Origin: Candidatus Aenigmatarchaeota archaeon
GTDB taxonomy: Archaea; Aenigmatarchaeota; Aenigmatarchaeia; GW2011-AR5
Length of the DNA stretch: 57,334 nucleotides
Direction of reading: 5' to 3'
Assembly: GCA_043799385.1 (NCBI GenBank)
Contig: JAZDNV010000018.1
Coordinates: 1 to 57,334, forward strand
Shown: in pieces, positions 9,871-18,863 of the stretch
Numbering within the stretch: position 1 is the stretch's first letter
Layout of the letters: every line of letters starts with the position of its first letter
The notes under the pieces: model-generated
Seen by the model: the letters and a program-made list of their open reading frames with translations, nothing else
Databases searched by the model: none
What the model was told of the DNA's origin: nothing
Translations under genes and position numbers: made by a program

Positions 9871-10296
9871 CTATCGTTTGCTCTGTTGCTTTGTCCTTCT
9901 CGGTCCAGCGCTGGAACGAGACGGTTTGTGCGGTTCTGTCCTTCTTGCGTCTGATATCAGCAACGAGCGGTCGTATTCAAGATAGATATTTCTTAAATCA
10001 TCACTTTTGGAAAATTCGACTAAGGCGTTGGCAATCGCGGTGCGGACTGCGTCGGCCTGGCCCCATACACCGCCGCCTGAAACGTTTACGTCTATATCAA
10101 CCTTATCCGATAATTCTCCAGCAAGAAATAGCGGCTCATTTATCCTCATCTGCTTGTATCTTGGCTCTACGAGGTCGAGTGGTCGTGAATTTATTCTTAC
10201 GTTCCCAGAACCTTCTCGAATCGTTGCGCGGGCGATTGCCTTCCTTCTTTTGCCTACTGCTACGATAACCCTCTCTTTCTTCTTTTTCTCGGTCAT
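9871..10296 (-). CDS. rps9: 30S ribosomal protein S9 (uS9)
   Basis: GKRRKAIARA, VSGGGVWGQADA and QQSKR. Confidence 0.97.
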   Translation of the reverse strand: MTEKKKKERVIVAVGKRRKAIARATIREGSGNVRINSRPLDLVEPRYKQMRINEPLFLAGELSDKVDIDVNVSGGGVWGQADAVRTAIANALVEFSKSDDLRNIYLEYDRSLLISDARRTEPHKPSRSSAGPRRTKQQSKR

Positions 10297-10697
10297 TTAT
10301 TCCACCCGATTGATTTTACAAGCTTTTCTATTGTAATGAAATTTGTCTTGATCTCTTTTTCCATATTGACTGATTCCTTGCCTTTGAATTCGTCCGGAAC
10401 AGAAACATAAACACGCAATTTCTTGAAAGCTTTCCTTCCCTTCAGTGTCTTGTACGGCATCATTCCACGAATCGCACGACGCACGAATAATTCAGGCTTT
10501 CTCGGAAAGAAAGGACCATGCTGCGGCGAACCCTTCTTTAGCCTTTCCAGGTACTTTACAACCGTATTCTTCGGGTCGCCTGTTATTATTATTTTCTCGG
10601 CGTTGATTACCGTAACTTCATCGCCGCTCAAGAGTTTCTTGGCTGCGTAACTTGCCATTCTGCCGAGAACTGCATTGTTTCCATTTACAATAATCAT
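10293..10697 (-). CDS. rpl13: 50S ribosomal protein L13 (uL13)
   Basis: LGRMAS, GPFFPRKP and RGMMPYK. Confidence 0.97.
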   Translation of the reverse strand: MIIVNGNNAVLGRMASYAAKKLLSGDEVTVINAEKIIITGDPKNTVVKYLERLKKGSPQHGPFFPRKPELFVRRAIRGMMPYKTLKGRKAFKKLRVYVSVPDEFKGKESVNMEKEIKTNFITIEKLVKSIGWNK

Positions 10698-11029
10698 ATC
10701 AATCTCGCCTTTTCATTTGTTTCCAGCAAATCATTTATTGTTAACACCTTGCCGCCAACGACTTTAATCTTTTCCGCTGCCTGCTTCGAGAACTGCCATG
10801 CGTATATCGTCACGGGCTTTGTTATCTCGCCGCTGCCAAGGACTTTGCCTGCCACGACGACTTTTTCATTGTCTTTGCAATTATTGTCTACGTCGCTCAG
10901 ATTCATGCTAATTCTGCTCCTGCTCGGCCTCGATAACCGTTTGGCTATTTCTTTGCATACATCGCTCTTTGATTTATTCAGAGCCAGTATCAACTTTTTC
11001 AGTTCTATGTTCTCTGTTCCGTGTTTCAT
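10694..11029 (-). CDS. rpl18e: 50S ribosomal protein L18e (eL18)
   Basis: VVVAGKVLGSG and FSKQAAEKI. GGTGA SD precedes ATG 11029. Confidence 0.95.
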   Translation of the reverse strand: MKHGTENIELKKLILALNKSKSDVCKEIAKRLSRPSRSRISMNLSDVDNNCKDNEKVVVAGKVLGSGEITKPVTIYAWQFSKQAAEKIKVVGGKVLTINDLLETNEKARLI

Positions 11030-11040
11030 TCTATCACCAT

Positions 11041-11131
11041 AGCTTTGCACAAAAACCTGGCTATCGTCTTTTTGACGATAGCCTAACGTCGATGGACATC
11101 ATACAGATGTCCATCACTTTTGTGCAAAGCT
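11041..11131. mobile_element. MITE-like element, family A, copy 1
   Basis: Perfect 14-bp TIR (AGCTTTGCACAAAA / TTTTGTGCAAAGCT), 9-bp direct repeat TATCACCAT at 11032-11040 and 11132-11140, and two internal hairpins. Confidence 0.8.
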
Positions 11132-11143
11132 TATCACCATGAG

Positions 11144-11355
11144 TGCCGGGGATGGGAGATTCCAGTCTTTTCTTTTCCAGGGTTTTCTTTTTTGAAAAGA
11201 AAAGCCTTTTTGAACCCACGCAGCGACTAACGCACAGGATGTCTTCTTTTTTTCTTTCGTGTTCTTTTGATAAAGCTTTTCTTTCAAGAAAAGCTTTCTT
11301 AAGTCCTGCCCCTTTGACCATTCAAGGTTCAGCAAACTGACTTGGGTACCCCGGC
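11144..11355 (-). tRNA. tRNA-Leu(UAA) with three introns (D-loop, 37/38, 59/60)
   Basis: Removing 11321-11338, 11241-11297 and 11158-11208 gives an 86-nt cloverleaf: GCCGGGG/CCCCGGC acceptor, CAGGA-CTTAAGA-TCCTG anticodon arm, long variable arm, GTGGG-TTCAAAT-CCCAT T arm. Sits at the conserved position between rpoD and rpl18e. Confidence 0.88.
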
Positions 11356-11397
11356 ATTTATAAATCTTATGAAGTCAATCTTAAAAATTTATCAGAA

Positions 11398-12183
11398 TTA
11401 CTTCACTTCTTTCCTGACTTCCTTTATGAACCCTAATGCACGTTTCTCCAGGATATCCAATGCCTTGCTCAATATGCCAACTGCGTTCATCCCTGAAATG
11501 GATTCTATCTTGAATATGAAATTATTTTCTTCGCCAGCGACCGTGACTGCTTTTTTATCGCATACTTCCATACAACGAAGGCACAAATTGCAATTCGCTG
11601 CACCAGCAAGTCCGATTTTTCCATCTTTTTTCTGGAATATGTTCTTCGGGCATACGTCAATGCAATTACCACACTCGTCGCATTTGTCGCTGTAAAACCT
11701 TACTACTGGAACGTTCCTGTAGCCAACGGTTGCTGCCTGATATTTTGCATGGTCTCTGCCAAAACCGAGTTGAGCGAATGCTCTAAACTTTATTTTATGC
11801 CCTTCTAGAAGTTCGACAATCGGAATATCAGGATCAAACGGTGTGACGTCACCATCAAATATCAGATCGCTCGCTTTTACGATGCAGGGGCCCTCTTTCT
11901 CCAACGTTGCAACGACCTCGCATCTGCTGCAGCCCTTGCCTTTGCATTTGCATTCGCTCTTCATCTCAAATATGTCTGGAAACACGAGCGGTATCAGACC
12001 TAGACGATGCGCAATTACCTCGTCGAAAAGCCCTGACGAATTATACTCAAATTCAACGTATTCTATCGCAAGCACAGGCATTTCAGAAATCATTATCCTT
12101 CGCAATGCATTCGCAAAAGCAGGGTCGCAGTCAAGAATAAATTCCATCCTTCTGTCTGATTTTTCCAGTATCTTAAGATTCAT
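11398..12183 (-). CDS. rpoD: DNA-directed RNA polymerase subunit D (Rpo3) with ferredoxin-like Fe-S domain
   Basis: FANALRRIMISE, AHRLGLIPL, HAKYQ and two CxxCxxCxxxC motifs. Confidence 0.96.
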   Translation of the reverse strand: MNLKILEKSDRRMEFILDCDPAFANALRRIMISEMPVLAIEYVEFEYNSSGLFDEVIAHRLGLIPLVFPDIFEMKSECKCKGKGCSRCEVVATLEKEGPCIVKASDLIFDGDVTPFDPDIPIVELLEGHKIKFRAFAQLGFGRDHAKYQAATVGYRNVPVVRFYSDKCDECGNCIDVCPKNIFQKKDGKIGLAGAANCNLCLRCMEVCDKKAVTVAGEENNFIFKIESISGMNAVGILSKALDILEKRALGFIKEVRKEVK

Positions 12184-12192
12184 AAAAATCAC

Positions 12193-12579
12193 TTATACTC
12201 TCCTGCCGCGACGACCTCCCTTCTTCCTGCAAGTATCATGAGAAATGGGCGTCACGTCTTCTATGCTGACTATCCTGAAACCCGAGCGGACCAGCGCACG
12301 AATAGCCGGCTGGGCACCCTGGCCTGGTATCTTTGATTTTATTCCGCCAGGCGCACGAATCCTTATATGAAGTGTTGTTATTCCCTGCGGTATTGCCTTT
12401 TCTGCTGCCTTTCTTGCAACTTTCATTGCCGTGAAAGGTTTGCCTTTGTTCATGTCCTTGTCAGAAACCATCCCGCCTGAGGCGAATGCGACAGTCTCTG
12501 CGCCAGTGAGGTCAGTTATATGCACTATAGTGTTGTTCATCGATGAATATATATTTGCTATTCCTGTTTTATCTTTCAT
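12193..12579 (-). CDS. rps11: 30S ribosomal protein S11
   Basis: [15 protein letters not shown] and [10 protein letters not shown]...GGRRGRRV. Confidence 0.98.
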   Translation of the reverse strand: MKDKTGIANIYSSMNNTIVHITDLTGAETVAFASGGMVSDKDMNKGKPFTAMKVARKAAEKAIPQGITTLHIRIRAPGGIKSKIPGQGAQPAIRALVRSGFRIVSIEDVTPISHDTCRKKGGRRGRRV

Positions 12580-13085
12580 GCACTCACCGTATCAGCGTCT
12601 TTTTCTCCCGCGATTATTTTATTTTTTATTTTCGGACTAAGCTGAATCTTTGCTTCGAGCTCGGTCGGAACCAGGAAGCTTGGCCATGATATCCTTCTAT
12701 CGTCGACAATCACATGGCCGTGAACTATCATCTGTCTTGCATGCTTGGAAGTGCTTGCAAAATTCTTCTTGAATATTATTGTCTGCAGCCTTCTGGATAA
12801 AATATTCTCTATATTTAACCCCAGTATGTCCTCGAGCTTCGAGCAGTTGAACCCGTACTTGTTAACTTTATCAAAAAGCTCTTTTTCCTTCTTATCATTC
12901 TTTTTTGCCAAGAGCTCACGCGCCCTGCGGCGAAAGTCTCTTAGTATACTCTCAGCACGCTGGATTTCATGTTTTCTTCTCAATCCGAATTCTGCGAGCA
13001 ATTTTTTTTCTCTTTCAATCCTGTCTTTATAATAAGGCTTAAACGGCGTTTCATATTTTTTTCTCTGCATCTTTGGGTGGCCCAT
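12576..13085 (-). CDS. rps4: 30S ribosomal protein S4
   Basis: MGHPK...KYETP, RRLQT and ARQMIVHGH. Confidence 0.97.
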   Translation of the reverse strand: MGHPKMQRKKYETPFKPYYKDRIEREKKLLAEFGLRRKHEIQRAESILRDFRRRARELLAKKNDKKEKELFDKVNKYGFNCSKLEDILGLNIENILSRRLQTIIFKKNFASTSKHARQMIVHGHVIVDDRRISWPSFLVPTELEAKIQLSPKIKNKIIAGEKDADTVSA

Positions 13086-13100
13086 ATAATCACTTCAGAA

Positions 13101-13604
13101 TTATTTCTTTTCCTCTTTTTTCGGCGCTGTCTTTGCAGCTATGGCTTTCTTCGAGACGCCTACCGTTTTCTGCGTCCTGAAACTGCTGCGTGTTCTCTGG
13201 CCGCGAACCGGCTGCCCGAGCTCGTGCCGAACGCCTTTATAAGCACGGATTCTTTTCAAAAGATTAATGTCATCCCTTTTCTTCATGTCCAGCTTGGAGC
13301 CAGTGAGGTGCATAATTTCTCCTGTCTCAAAATCGCGCCTTCTGTTGAGCAGCCAAGGCTCCAGTTTCTTATCGCCGACAGCAGTGTTTCTTATTGCATT
13401 CTCCAGCGTTTTGAGCTCGTCGCTGCTGAGAAGCCCTATCTCCTTCTTAGGGTCAACACCTGTCAATGAGCATATCGCATTTGCAAACATGAAACCGACT
13501 CCCTTTATCTTCTTGAGAGCCCTCAGCGTACTTAGCTCGCCTGTCAGGTCTGCCTCAAGTAATCGTACAATCCGCTTCCTCTCGCTCTTTTCCGTTTTTT
13601 CCAT
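13101..13604 (-). CDS. rps13: 30S ribosomal protein S13
   Basis: IKGVG, WLLNRRRDFETG and GQPVRGQRTRS. Confidence 0.97.
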   Translation of the reverse strand: MEKTEKSERKRIVRLLEADLTGELSTLRALKKIKGVGFMFANAICSLTGVDPKKEIGLLSSDELKTLENAIRNTAVGDKKLEPWLLNRRRDFETGEIMHLTGSKLDMKKRDDINLLKRIRAYKGVRHELGQPVRGQRTRSSFRTQKTVGVSKKAIAAKTAPKKEEKK

Positions 13605-13839
13605 TCATTCACCTTACTAAAACAATCTCTTCATCCTCAATCCTTAAATACGATAATTCGTATATCTTTGTATCAATCCAAACTTTTAAATCTTTAATAA
13701 AAGCATCTTTGGCACTGTAAACTTAACGAGGATTGGCATCAGCTTTGCGATGATAATCCTCAACAACGAGCTATTGACAATAGTCATAGCCCTTAAGTTT
13801 ACAGTGCATCTTTTTATTCTCCCTGAACAAGTTATTTCT

Positions 13840-14307
13840 ATGTTCGTAAGCCGGATAATGACAAAAAACCCAATATCCGTGGATCCGTGTGACTCGTTGG
13901 AAAAGGTTCTTGATATTCTTACAAAAAACCGTATTTCCGGCTGCCCTGTCGTCGATGGAAAGAGATTACTGGGCGTCATCACGGAGAGCGACATAATAAG
14001 GATAATCGACGTGCACACAAAGATACACAAGCCTGAATCTGGATTGTTCCCGCTCATCCTCGCCGTCATAAAGGATGAGAAATACGACGCATTGAAATCA
14101 GCGCTAAAGGACGTACTGAGCCTGAAGGTAAAAACATTCATGTCAAAGAAGGCGGTAACAATAGACGTGAACGACGATGTCTACAAAGCCGCGAGGCTGC
14201 TGAACAGGCATGATATTGACCGGTTGCCTGTGACTGAAAATAAAAAGCTCGTTGGCATAATCACCCGCTGGGACCTGATTCGCGCTTTGGACAAGCTGGA
14301 GAAATGA
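13840..14307 (+). CDS. CBS domain protein
   Basis: Paired CBS repeats (ISGCPVVD...GVITESD; IDRLPV...GIITRWD). ATG at 13840. Confidence 0.9.
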   Translation: MFVSRIMTKNPISVDPCDSLEKVLDILTKNRISGCPVVDGKRLLGVITESDIIRIIDVHTKIHKPESGLFPLILAVIKDEKYDALKSALKDVLSLKVKTFMSKKAVTIDVNDDVYKAARLLNRHDIDRLPVTENKKLVGIITRWDLIRALDKLEK

Positions 14308-14308
14308 T

Positions 14309-14596
14309 ATGAAATTGAAAGAGTTTCTGAAACAAAGTGGTTTGAAGGTTGTTTTGACTTTAATTTTGTTAATTGCGTCATCTGTTCCAGATATTTCAGT
14401 ACAATGTCCTGGTTGCGTACGAGAAGCGCATGGTTTTCCGCTAGACCTGTATGGGTTGCCTGGTTGTGAACCAACGCCAACGTCCAATTGCCCAGGATAT
14501 ATGATACATTATTCAGGACTTTTGGTTGACGTTATATTCTGGTATCTCATCGCTTGCCTGATAATATTCGCTTACAAAAAAATCAAGAAGAAATGA
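14309..14596 (+). CDS. Hypothetical membrane protein with Cys-containing loop
   Basis: N- and C-terminal hydrophobic helices and GFPL motif; tightly follows the CBS gene. Confidence 0.65.
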   Translation: MKLKEFLKQSGLKVVLTLILLIASSVPDISVQCPGCVREAHGFPLDLYGLPGCEPTPTSNCPGYMIHYSGLLVDVIFWYLIACLIIFAYKKIKKK

Positions 14597-14761
14597 TTAC
14601 TCGTTATTTGCCCACTTGAAACGTCTTGGATCGCGGTGCAGCTTGAATAAATTTTTTTCGCACTTCTTCGAGTCGAAGTAGAATACCTTGCCTGTCTTTT
14701 CTATGACCATCACTCCAGTGCCCTGCTCGATTGGATTTTTACAAAAACTGCATTTCGCCAT
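14597..14761 (-). CDS. rpl24e: 50S ribosomal protein L24e (not in ORF track)
   Basis: MAKCSFCKNPIEQGTGVMVIEKTGKVFYFDSKKCEKNLFKLHRDPRRFKWANNE; follows rps28e. Confidence 0.95.
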   Translation of the reverse strand: MAKCSFCKNPIEQGTGVMVIEKTGKVFYFDSKKCEKNLFKLHRDPRRFKWANNE

Positions 14762-14763
14762 TT

Positions 14764-14973
14764 TTATCGCCTGCCATACGTCTCGCTTGACTCCATCTCT
14801 GTCTCGCGCAGCATTATAACGTCGCCTAATCGCACTGGCCCGATTATGTTTCGAGTCAGGACCTTGCCCTTGTCGCGGCCATCAACGACCCTGCATTTTA
14901 TAGTCGTCACTCCTTTAGCTCCCTTTCTACCCAAAACGTTTATTACTTCAGCAGGAGTTGACTCTTCTGGCAT
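14764..14973 (-). CDS. rps28e: 30S ribosomal protein S28e
   Basis: PAEVINVLGR and RNIIGPVRLGDVIMLRETE. Confidence 0.96.
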   Translation of the reverse strand: MPEESTPAEVINVLGRKGAKGVTTIKCRVVDGRDKGKVLTRNIIGPVRLGDVIMLRETEMESSETYGRR

Positions 14974-14992
14974 TTTATCACTTAGTGCAGAA

Positions 14993-15310
14993 CTATTTCT
15001 TCACGAGCTCTTCCAATTTCTTCTTCCCTTCGCCCGCGTCGACTATTGCAACGGACGCTGTTACGACGTTGATACCGGACGCACGGCCAAGCTCTGATTT
15101 GCTCGACACAGTCACGAAAGGTATCTTCTTCTCGTCGCATAATGGCGGCAGGTGCATTGTTATCTCCGGAGGATCTACGTCTTCCGCTGCGACAACAAGC
15201 TTTGCTATCCCGCGCTCTATTGCCTTTGTAGTCTCGTTTATTCCCTTCCTTATCTTTCCTGTCTCTCTTGCTATTTCTATCAGTTCAAAAATGTCCTCAG
15301 CTTTCTTCAT
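14993..15310 (-). CDS. rpl7ae: 50S ribosomal protein L7Ae
   Basis: GKIRKGINETTKAIERG and AEDVDPPEI..HLPPLCDEK. Confidence 0.97.
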   Translation of the reverse strand: MKKAEDIFELIEIARETGKIRKGINETTKAIERGIAKLVVAAEDVDPPEITMHLPPLCDEKKIPFVTVSSKSELGRASGINVVTASVAIVDAGEGKKKLEELVKK

Positions 15311-15407
15311 AGGTATCAAGATAACCATTATTGTAAACCTATTTAAATTTTAATATGAGAAAGATATCCTTGATTAAGCTATAAACTAGTTGAAATAAGT
15401 GATTGTT

Positions 15408-15575
15408 ATGGGAAAATTTTTGAAAGTAAAATGTTTGAAATGCAAGAACGAGCAGATAGTATTCAACAAAGCGGCAACGGTCGTGAAATGCCTCGTCTGC
15501 GACAGCGTTCTAGCCGAGCCGACTGGCGGCTCTGTGAAGATAAAAGCGAAAGTACTCGAAAATCTTAGCGATTAA
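15408..15575 (+). CDS. rps27e: 30S ribosomal protein S27e (not in ORF track)
   Basis: [41 protein letters not shown]; upstream of aIF2-alpha. Confidence 0.95.
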   Translation: MGKFLKVKCLKCKNEQIVFNKAATVVKCLVCDSVLAEPTGGSVKIKAKVLENLSD

Positions 15576-15576
15576 G

Positions 15577-15665
15577 AACTTTGCATAAAAAGTGATGTGC
15601 ATCTGTATGATGCACATCGGCGGTAGGCTATCAGCGTGTGGACGTGCCTGTTTTTGTGCAAAGCT
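15577..15665. mobile_element. MITE-like element, family A, copy 2 (inverted relative to copy 1)
   Basis: Aligns end to end with the reverse complement of 11041-11131. TIR AACTTTGCATAAAA / TTTTGTGCAAAGCT; flanks GCGATTAAG / GCAATTAAG (8/9). Confidence 0.78.
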
Positions 15666-15684
15666 GCAATTAAGGTAGTAAATA

Positions 15685-16422
15685 ATGGTCAGAAAGCGTG
15701 GTTTGCCAAGCAACGGTGAATTGGTCGTATGCAGGATAGAGCGGTTAAATCCTAATTCTGCTTTTGCAGTTTTATTGGAATACAACAGGGAAGGCATGAT
15801 TCATATCTCCGAGGTCAGCAGCGGCTGGGTCAGAGATATCCGAAACCATGTAAGAGCCGGCCAGGAGCTTATCGCAAAGGTGATAGGCGTTGATGAGAAC
15901 CATCTGAATCTGTCGATAAAGCGCGTCGATAAAAAAGAAGAGAAGAGAAGGATGAAGGAATACAACCTGGACCAGAAAGCAGAGCGCATGCTCGAGATAG
16001 TTACAAAAGAGCTGGGCAAGGATTTGAACAAGGCGTATGATGAGGTCGGTTATCTTCTTCAGGAAAATTTCGGCTCATTGTTCGAGGGATTCAAAAAAGC
16101 AATTCAAAATCCGACCGCGCTAAGGGAGCGCGGCATTGCGGAGTTATGGATAAAACCGATTAAAGAGATAGCGGAGAAATCCATAGAGCAGAAGGAGTTC
16201 GAATTCTCTGCAAGGATTACTGTCAAGACTAGCAAGCCGGACGGCATAAGCATCGTAAAAAACATATTATCTGCCGCAGAGAAGAGCGGCCTTGAGGTGA
16301 AATACATATCCGCTCCGGAATACATGGTAAAATACAAATCAAAAGATGCGAAGAAGGGCGGAAATGAATTTCAGAAAATGCTGGACAGATTATCCGCCAA
16401 CGCTGAAGTAAAGGTCATATGA
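15685..16422 (+). CDS. eif2a: Translation initiation factor 2 alpha subunit
   Basis: S1 domain LPSNGELVV...EGMIHISEVSSGWVRDIR and YISAPEY. Confidence 0.95.
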   Translation: MVRKRGLPSNGELVVCRIERLNPNSAFAVLLEYNREGMIHISEVSSGWVRDIRNHVRAGQELIAKVIGVDENHLNLSIKRVDKKEEKRRMKEYNLDQKAERMLEIVTKELGKDLNKAYDEVGYLLQENFGSLFEGFKKAIQNPTALRERGIAELWIKPIKEIAEKSIEQKEFEFSARITVKTSKPDGISIVKNILSAAEKSGLEVKYISAPEYMVKYKSKDAKKGGNEFQKMLDRLSANAEVKVI

Positions 16423-16571
16423 TGATTCTAAGATGCCCGAAGTGCGGTAGATACACGTTAGCAGAAATATGCAAGTGCGGAACGACTGCAAGAGACGCTC
16501 ATCCGATGAAATTCTCGTCTGCGGACAGATACGGTAAGTATAGAAGAATCGCAAAACTTAAAAGCGAGTGA
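16419..16571 (+). CDS. nop10: H/ACA RNP protein Nop10 (not in ORF track)
   Basis: MILRCPKCGRYTLAEICKCG...AHPMKFSSADRYGKYRR; conserved position after aIF2-alpha. Confidence 0.93.
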   Translation: MMILRCPKCGRYTLAEICKCGTTARDAHPMKFSSADRYGKYRRIAKLKSE

Positions 16572-16597
16572 AGGCATAAGAAAGATATACGATTGCT

Positions 16598-17359
16598 ATG
16601 AAGACAGAAATAAATGTCCTTGAAAAGGTTAAGCTGAAAACCCCTATACTAATCGAAGGCTTGCCTGGCATCGGAAACGTCGGCCGTGTTGCAGCTGGCT
16701 ACCTAATCTCAAAACTAAAGATGAAAAAATTCGCAGAGCTTTATTCGCCTTATTTTTTGCCGCTGGTCATTCTGCACGAGGACAACGTCGCTCATCTTTT
16801 GAAATGCGAGTTTTATTATTACAAAGGCAAGAGGGATATCATAGTTCTTTCTGGCGACACGCAGAGCATAAGCCCTGAAGGGCATTATGAAATCTGCGAG
16901 AGCATCCTTGAATTCGCGAACAAGCTTGGAGTAAAAGAAATCATCACGCTTGGCGGATTCGCATCGCAGGAGACGGACGACCCTAAGGTGATAGGCGCTG
17001 TCAATGACAGGGAGCTTTTGAAAAAATACTCGAAATTCGGCGTCTATTTCGGCAAGGAACATCTGGTCGGCACGATAGTCGGAGCGTCCGGATTGCTGAT
17101 AGGCATTGGAAAGAAATACAGGATGGATGGATTGTGCCTGATGGGAGAAACGGTAGGACTACCTATTATAACAGACCCGAAGGCAGCTGACAAAATCCTG
17201 CAGGCCTTGATCAAGATATTGGGCATAAAACTAGACTTGGTCGATTTGGAGAAAACTATTAAAACTATGGACGAGAAGATAAAGAAGACCGAAGCGGCAT
17301 ACAAGAAAGTTTTGGATGAAACGCCGAAACCAAAGGATGATGTCCGCTATATAGGTTGA
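16598..17359 (+). CDS. Proteasome assembly chaperone (PAC2) family protein
   Basis: IEGLPGIGNVG, IITLGG, IVGASGLL, CLMGET and C-terminal YIG. Confidence 0.9.
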   Translation: MKTEINVLEKVKLKTPILIEGLPGIGNVGRVAAGYLISKLKMKKFAELYSPYFLPLVILHEDNVAHLLKCEFYYYKGKRDIIVLSGDTQSISPEGHYEICESILEFANKLGVKEIITLGGFASQETDDPKVIGAVNDRELLKKYSKFGVYFGKEHLVGTIVGASGLLIGIGKKYRMDGLCLMGETVGLPIITDPKAADKILQALIKILGIKLDLVDLEKTIKTMDEKIKKTEAAYKKVLDETPKPKDDVRYIG

Positions 17360-17373
17360 TTTTTGGCGATGAT

Positions 17374-17568
17374 ATGTTCGCATACGAAGGACTTACGAGA
17401 TTCGAAAAAACAAGGATAATGTCTGCACGTTCGCTGCAGATATCAATGGGCGCACCAATATTGATAAAAACTGATTTGGACGACCCGAAGGCGATAGCAA
17501 AATTAGAGTTCAGCCAAGGCATCTTGCCGATTACGATCAGAAGACGAATGCCAAAGAGGATGGAGTAA
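17374..17568 (+). CDS. rpoK: DNA-directed RNA polymerase subunit K (Rpo6)
   Basis: LTRFEKTRIMSARSLQISMGAP...LPITIRR. Confidence 0.96.
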   Translation: MFAYEGLTRFEKTRIMSARSLQISMGAPILIKTDLDDPKAIAKLEFSQGILPITIRRRMPKRME

Positions 17569-17620
17569 TTTATTCTTTTATACAATATAACCTTTTTTAT
17601 AGCGCCGTGCAATTAATAGC

Positions 17621-18820
17621 ATGATTGAACGCATATATGCCCGCGAAGTTCTCGATTCACGCGGCTTTCCGACTGTGGAGTGCGAAATTCTTGCCGGTCC
17701 TTACTTCGCCCGCGCGTCCGTGCCGTCAGGCGCCAGTACGGGCAGACGTGAAGCGCTCGAGCTTCGCGATGGCGAGAAGCGATTTCTGGGCAAAGGCGTG
17801 AAAAAAGCGTGCAGTAATATCAATAACATAATTGCAAAAAAGATTACCGGAATGCGAATCAACCAGGAGAATATTGACAATAAGCTAATAGAAATGGCAG
17901 GCGAAAACAAGCAAAAGCTCGGAGCGAACGCAACGCTGGCCGTGAGCATGGCTGTATGCAAACTTGCTACGTTGGATTCGGGATTGCGAATCTATGAGCA
18001 TCTTTCAAACTCTTTGAAGAGAAAGTCGAAAATGCCAATCCCTTTGTTTAATATAATAAACGGCGGGCGCCACGGCTTCGGAATTGATTTCCAGGAATAC
18101 CACATAATACCGACAAAGAAAACGTTTGCAGAGAACTTGCAATCGTCCTGCGACGTATACCATACGCTGAAAGCGATTCTAATAAAAAGGTTTGGCTCTG
18201 CCAGCGTCGGCGACGAGGCAGGATTCACGCCGCCATTGACGAACGTGAAAGAGCCATTGGAACTGATAATGAACGCTGTTGAAGAATGCGGTTATGCGAA
18301 AGAGTTCAATCTTGGATTAGACGTCGCTGCATCCACGTTCTATAAAAATGGTTATACCGTGGAAGGCAAGAAGATGGGTGGCAGCGAATTAATCGATCTC
18401 TACACGAATCTGACAAAAACCTATCCGCTGCTTTATCTAGAGGACCCGTTCCATGAAGAAGACTGGATTGCATGGACGGAACTAACAAAAAAGATTGGTG
18501 ACAGGGTAAAAATCGTCGGAGATGACCTTCTTTGCACCAATCCGCAATTGATTCGCGACGCAATAAAGAAGAAGGCATGCAATTCATTGCTATTGAAGAT
18601 AAACCAGATTGGCACGATTAGCGAAGCCTTGAACGCGGCAAAGATTGCCATTGACGCTAAATTCTCTGTCATCGTATCGAACCGCTCCGGCGAAAGCGAA
18701 GACTCGTTCATAGCTGATTTAGCCGTCGCCGTTGGCGACTACTGCAAGTTCGGCGCGCCAGCACACGAGAGAACGATAAAGTACAACCAGTTGCTAAGAA
18801 TAGAGGAAAAACTGAAATAA
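17621..18820 (+). CDS. eno: Enolase
   Basis: EVLDSRGFPTVE, VPSGASTG, VGDEAGF, EDPF, VGDDL and LLLKINQIG. Confidence 0.96.
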   Translation: MIERIYAREVLDSRGFPTVECEILAGPYFARASVPSGASTGRREALELRDGEKRFLGKGVKKACSNINNIIAKKITGMRINQENIDNKLIEMAGENKQKLGANATLAVSMAVCKLATLDSGLRIYEHLSNSLKRKSKMPIPLFNIINGGRHGFGIDFQEYHIIPTKKTFAENLQSSCDVYHTLKAILIKRFGSASVGDEAGFTPPLTNVKEPLELIMNAVEECGYAKEFNLGLDVAASTFYKNGYTVEGKKMGGSELIDLYTNLTKTYPLLYLEDPFHEEDWIAWTELTKKIGDRVKIVGDDLLCTNPQLIRDAIKKKACNSLLLKINQIGTISEALNAAKIAIDAKFSVIVSNRSGESEDSFIADLAVAVGDYCKFGAPAHERTIKYNQLLRIEEKLK

Positions 18821-18863
18821 ACTATTTTTAAAGTTTTACATAGATTAATAAAGAGCGAAAAGT

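Noticed and set aside
11061-11340. Lys- or Phe-rich ORFs in the track (11061-11321, 11114-11335, 11143-11340)
   Set aside because: They are artefacts overlapping the intron-containing tRNA-Leu and the MITE.
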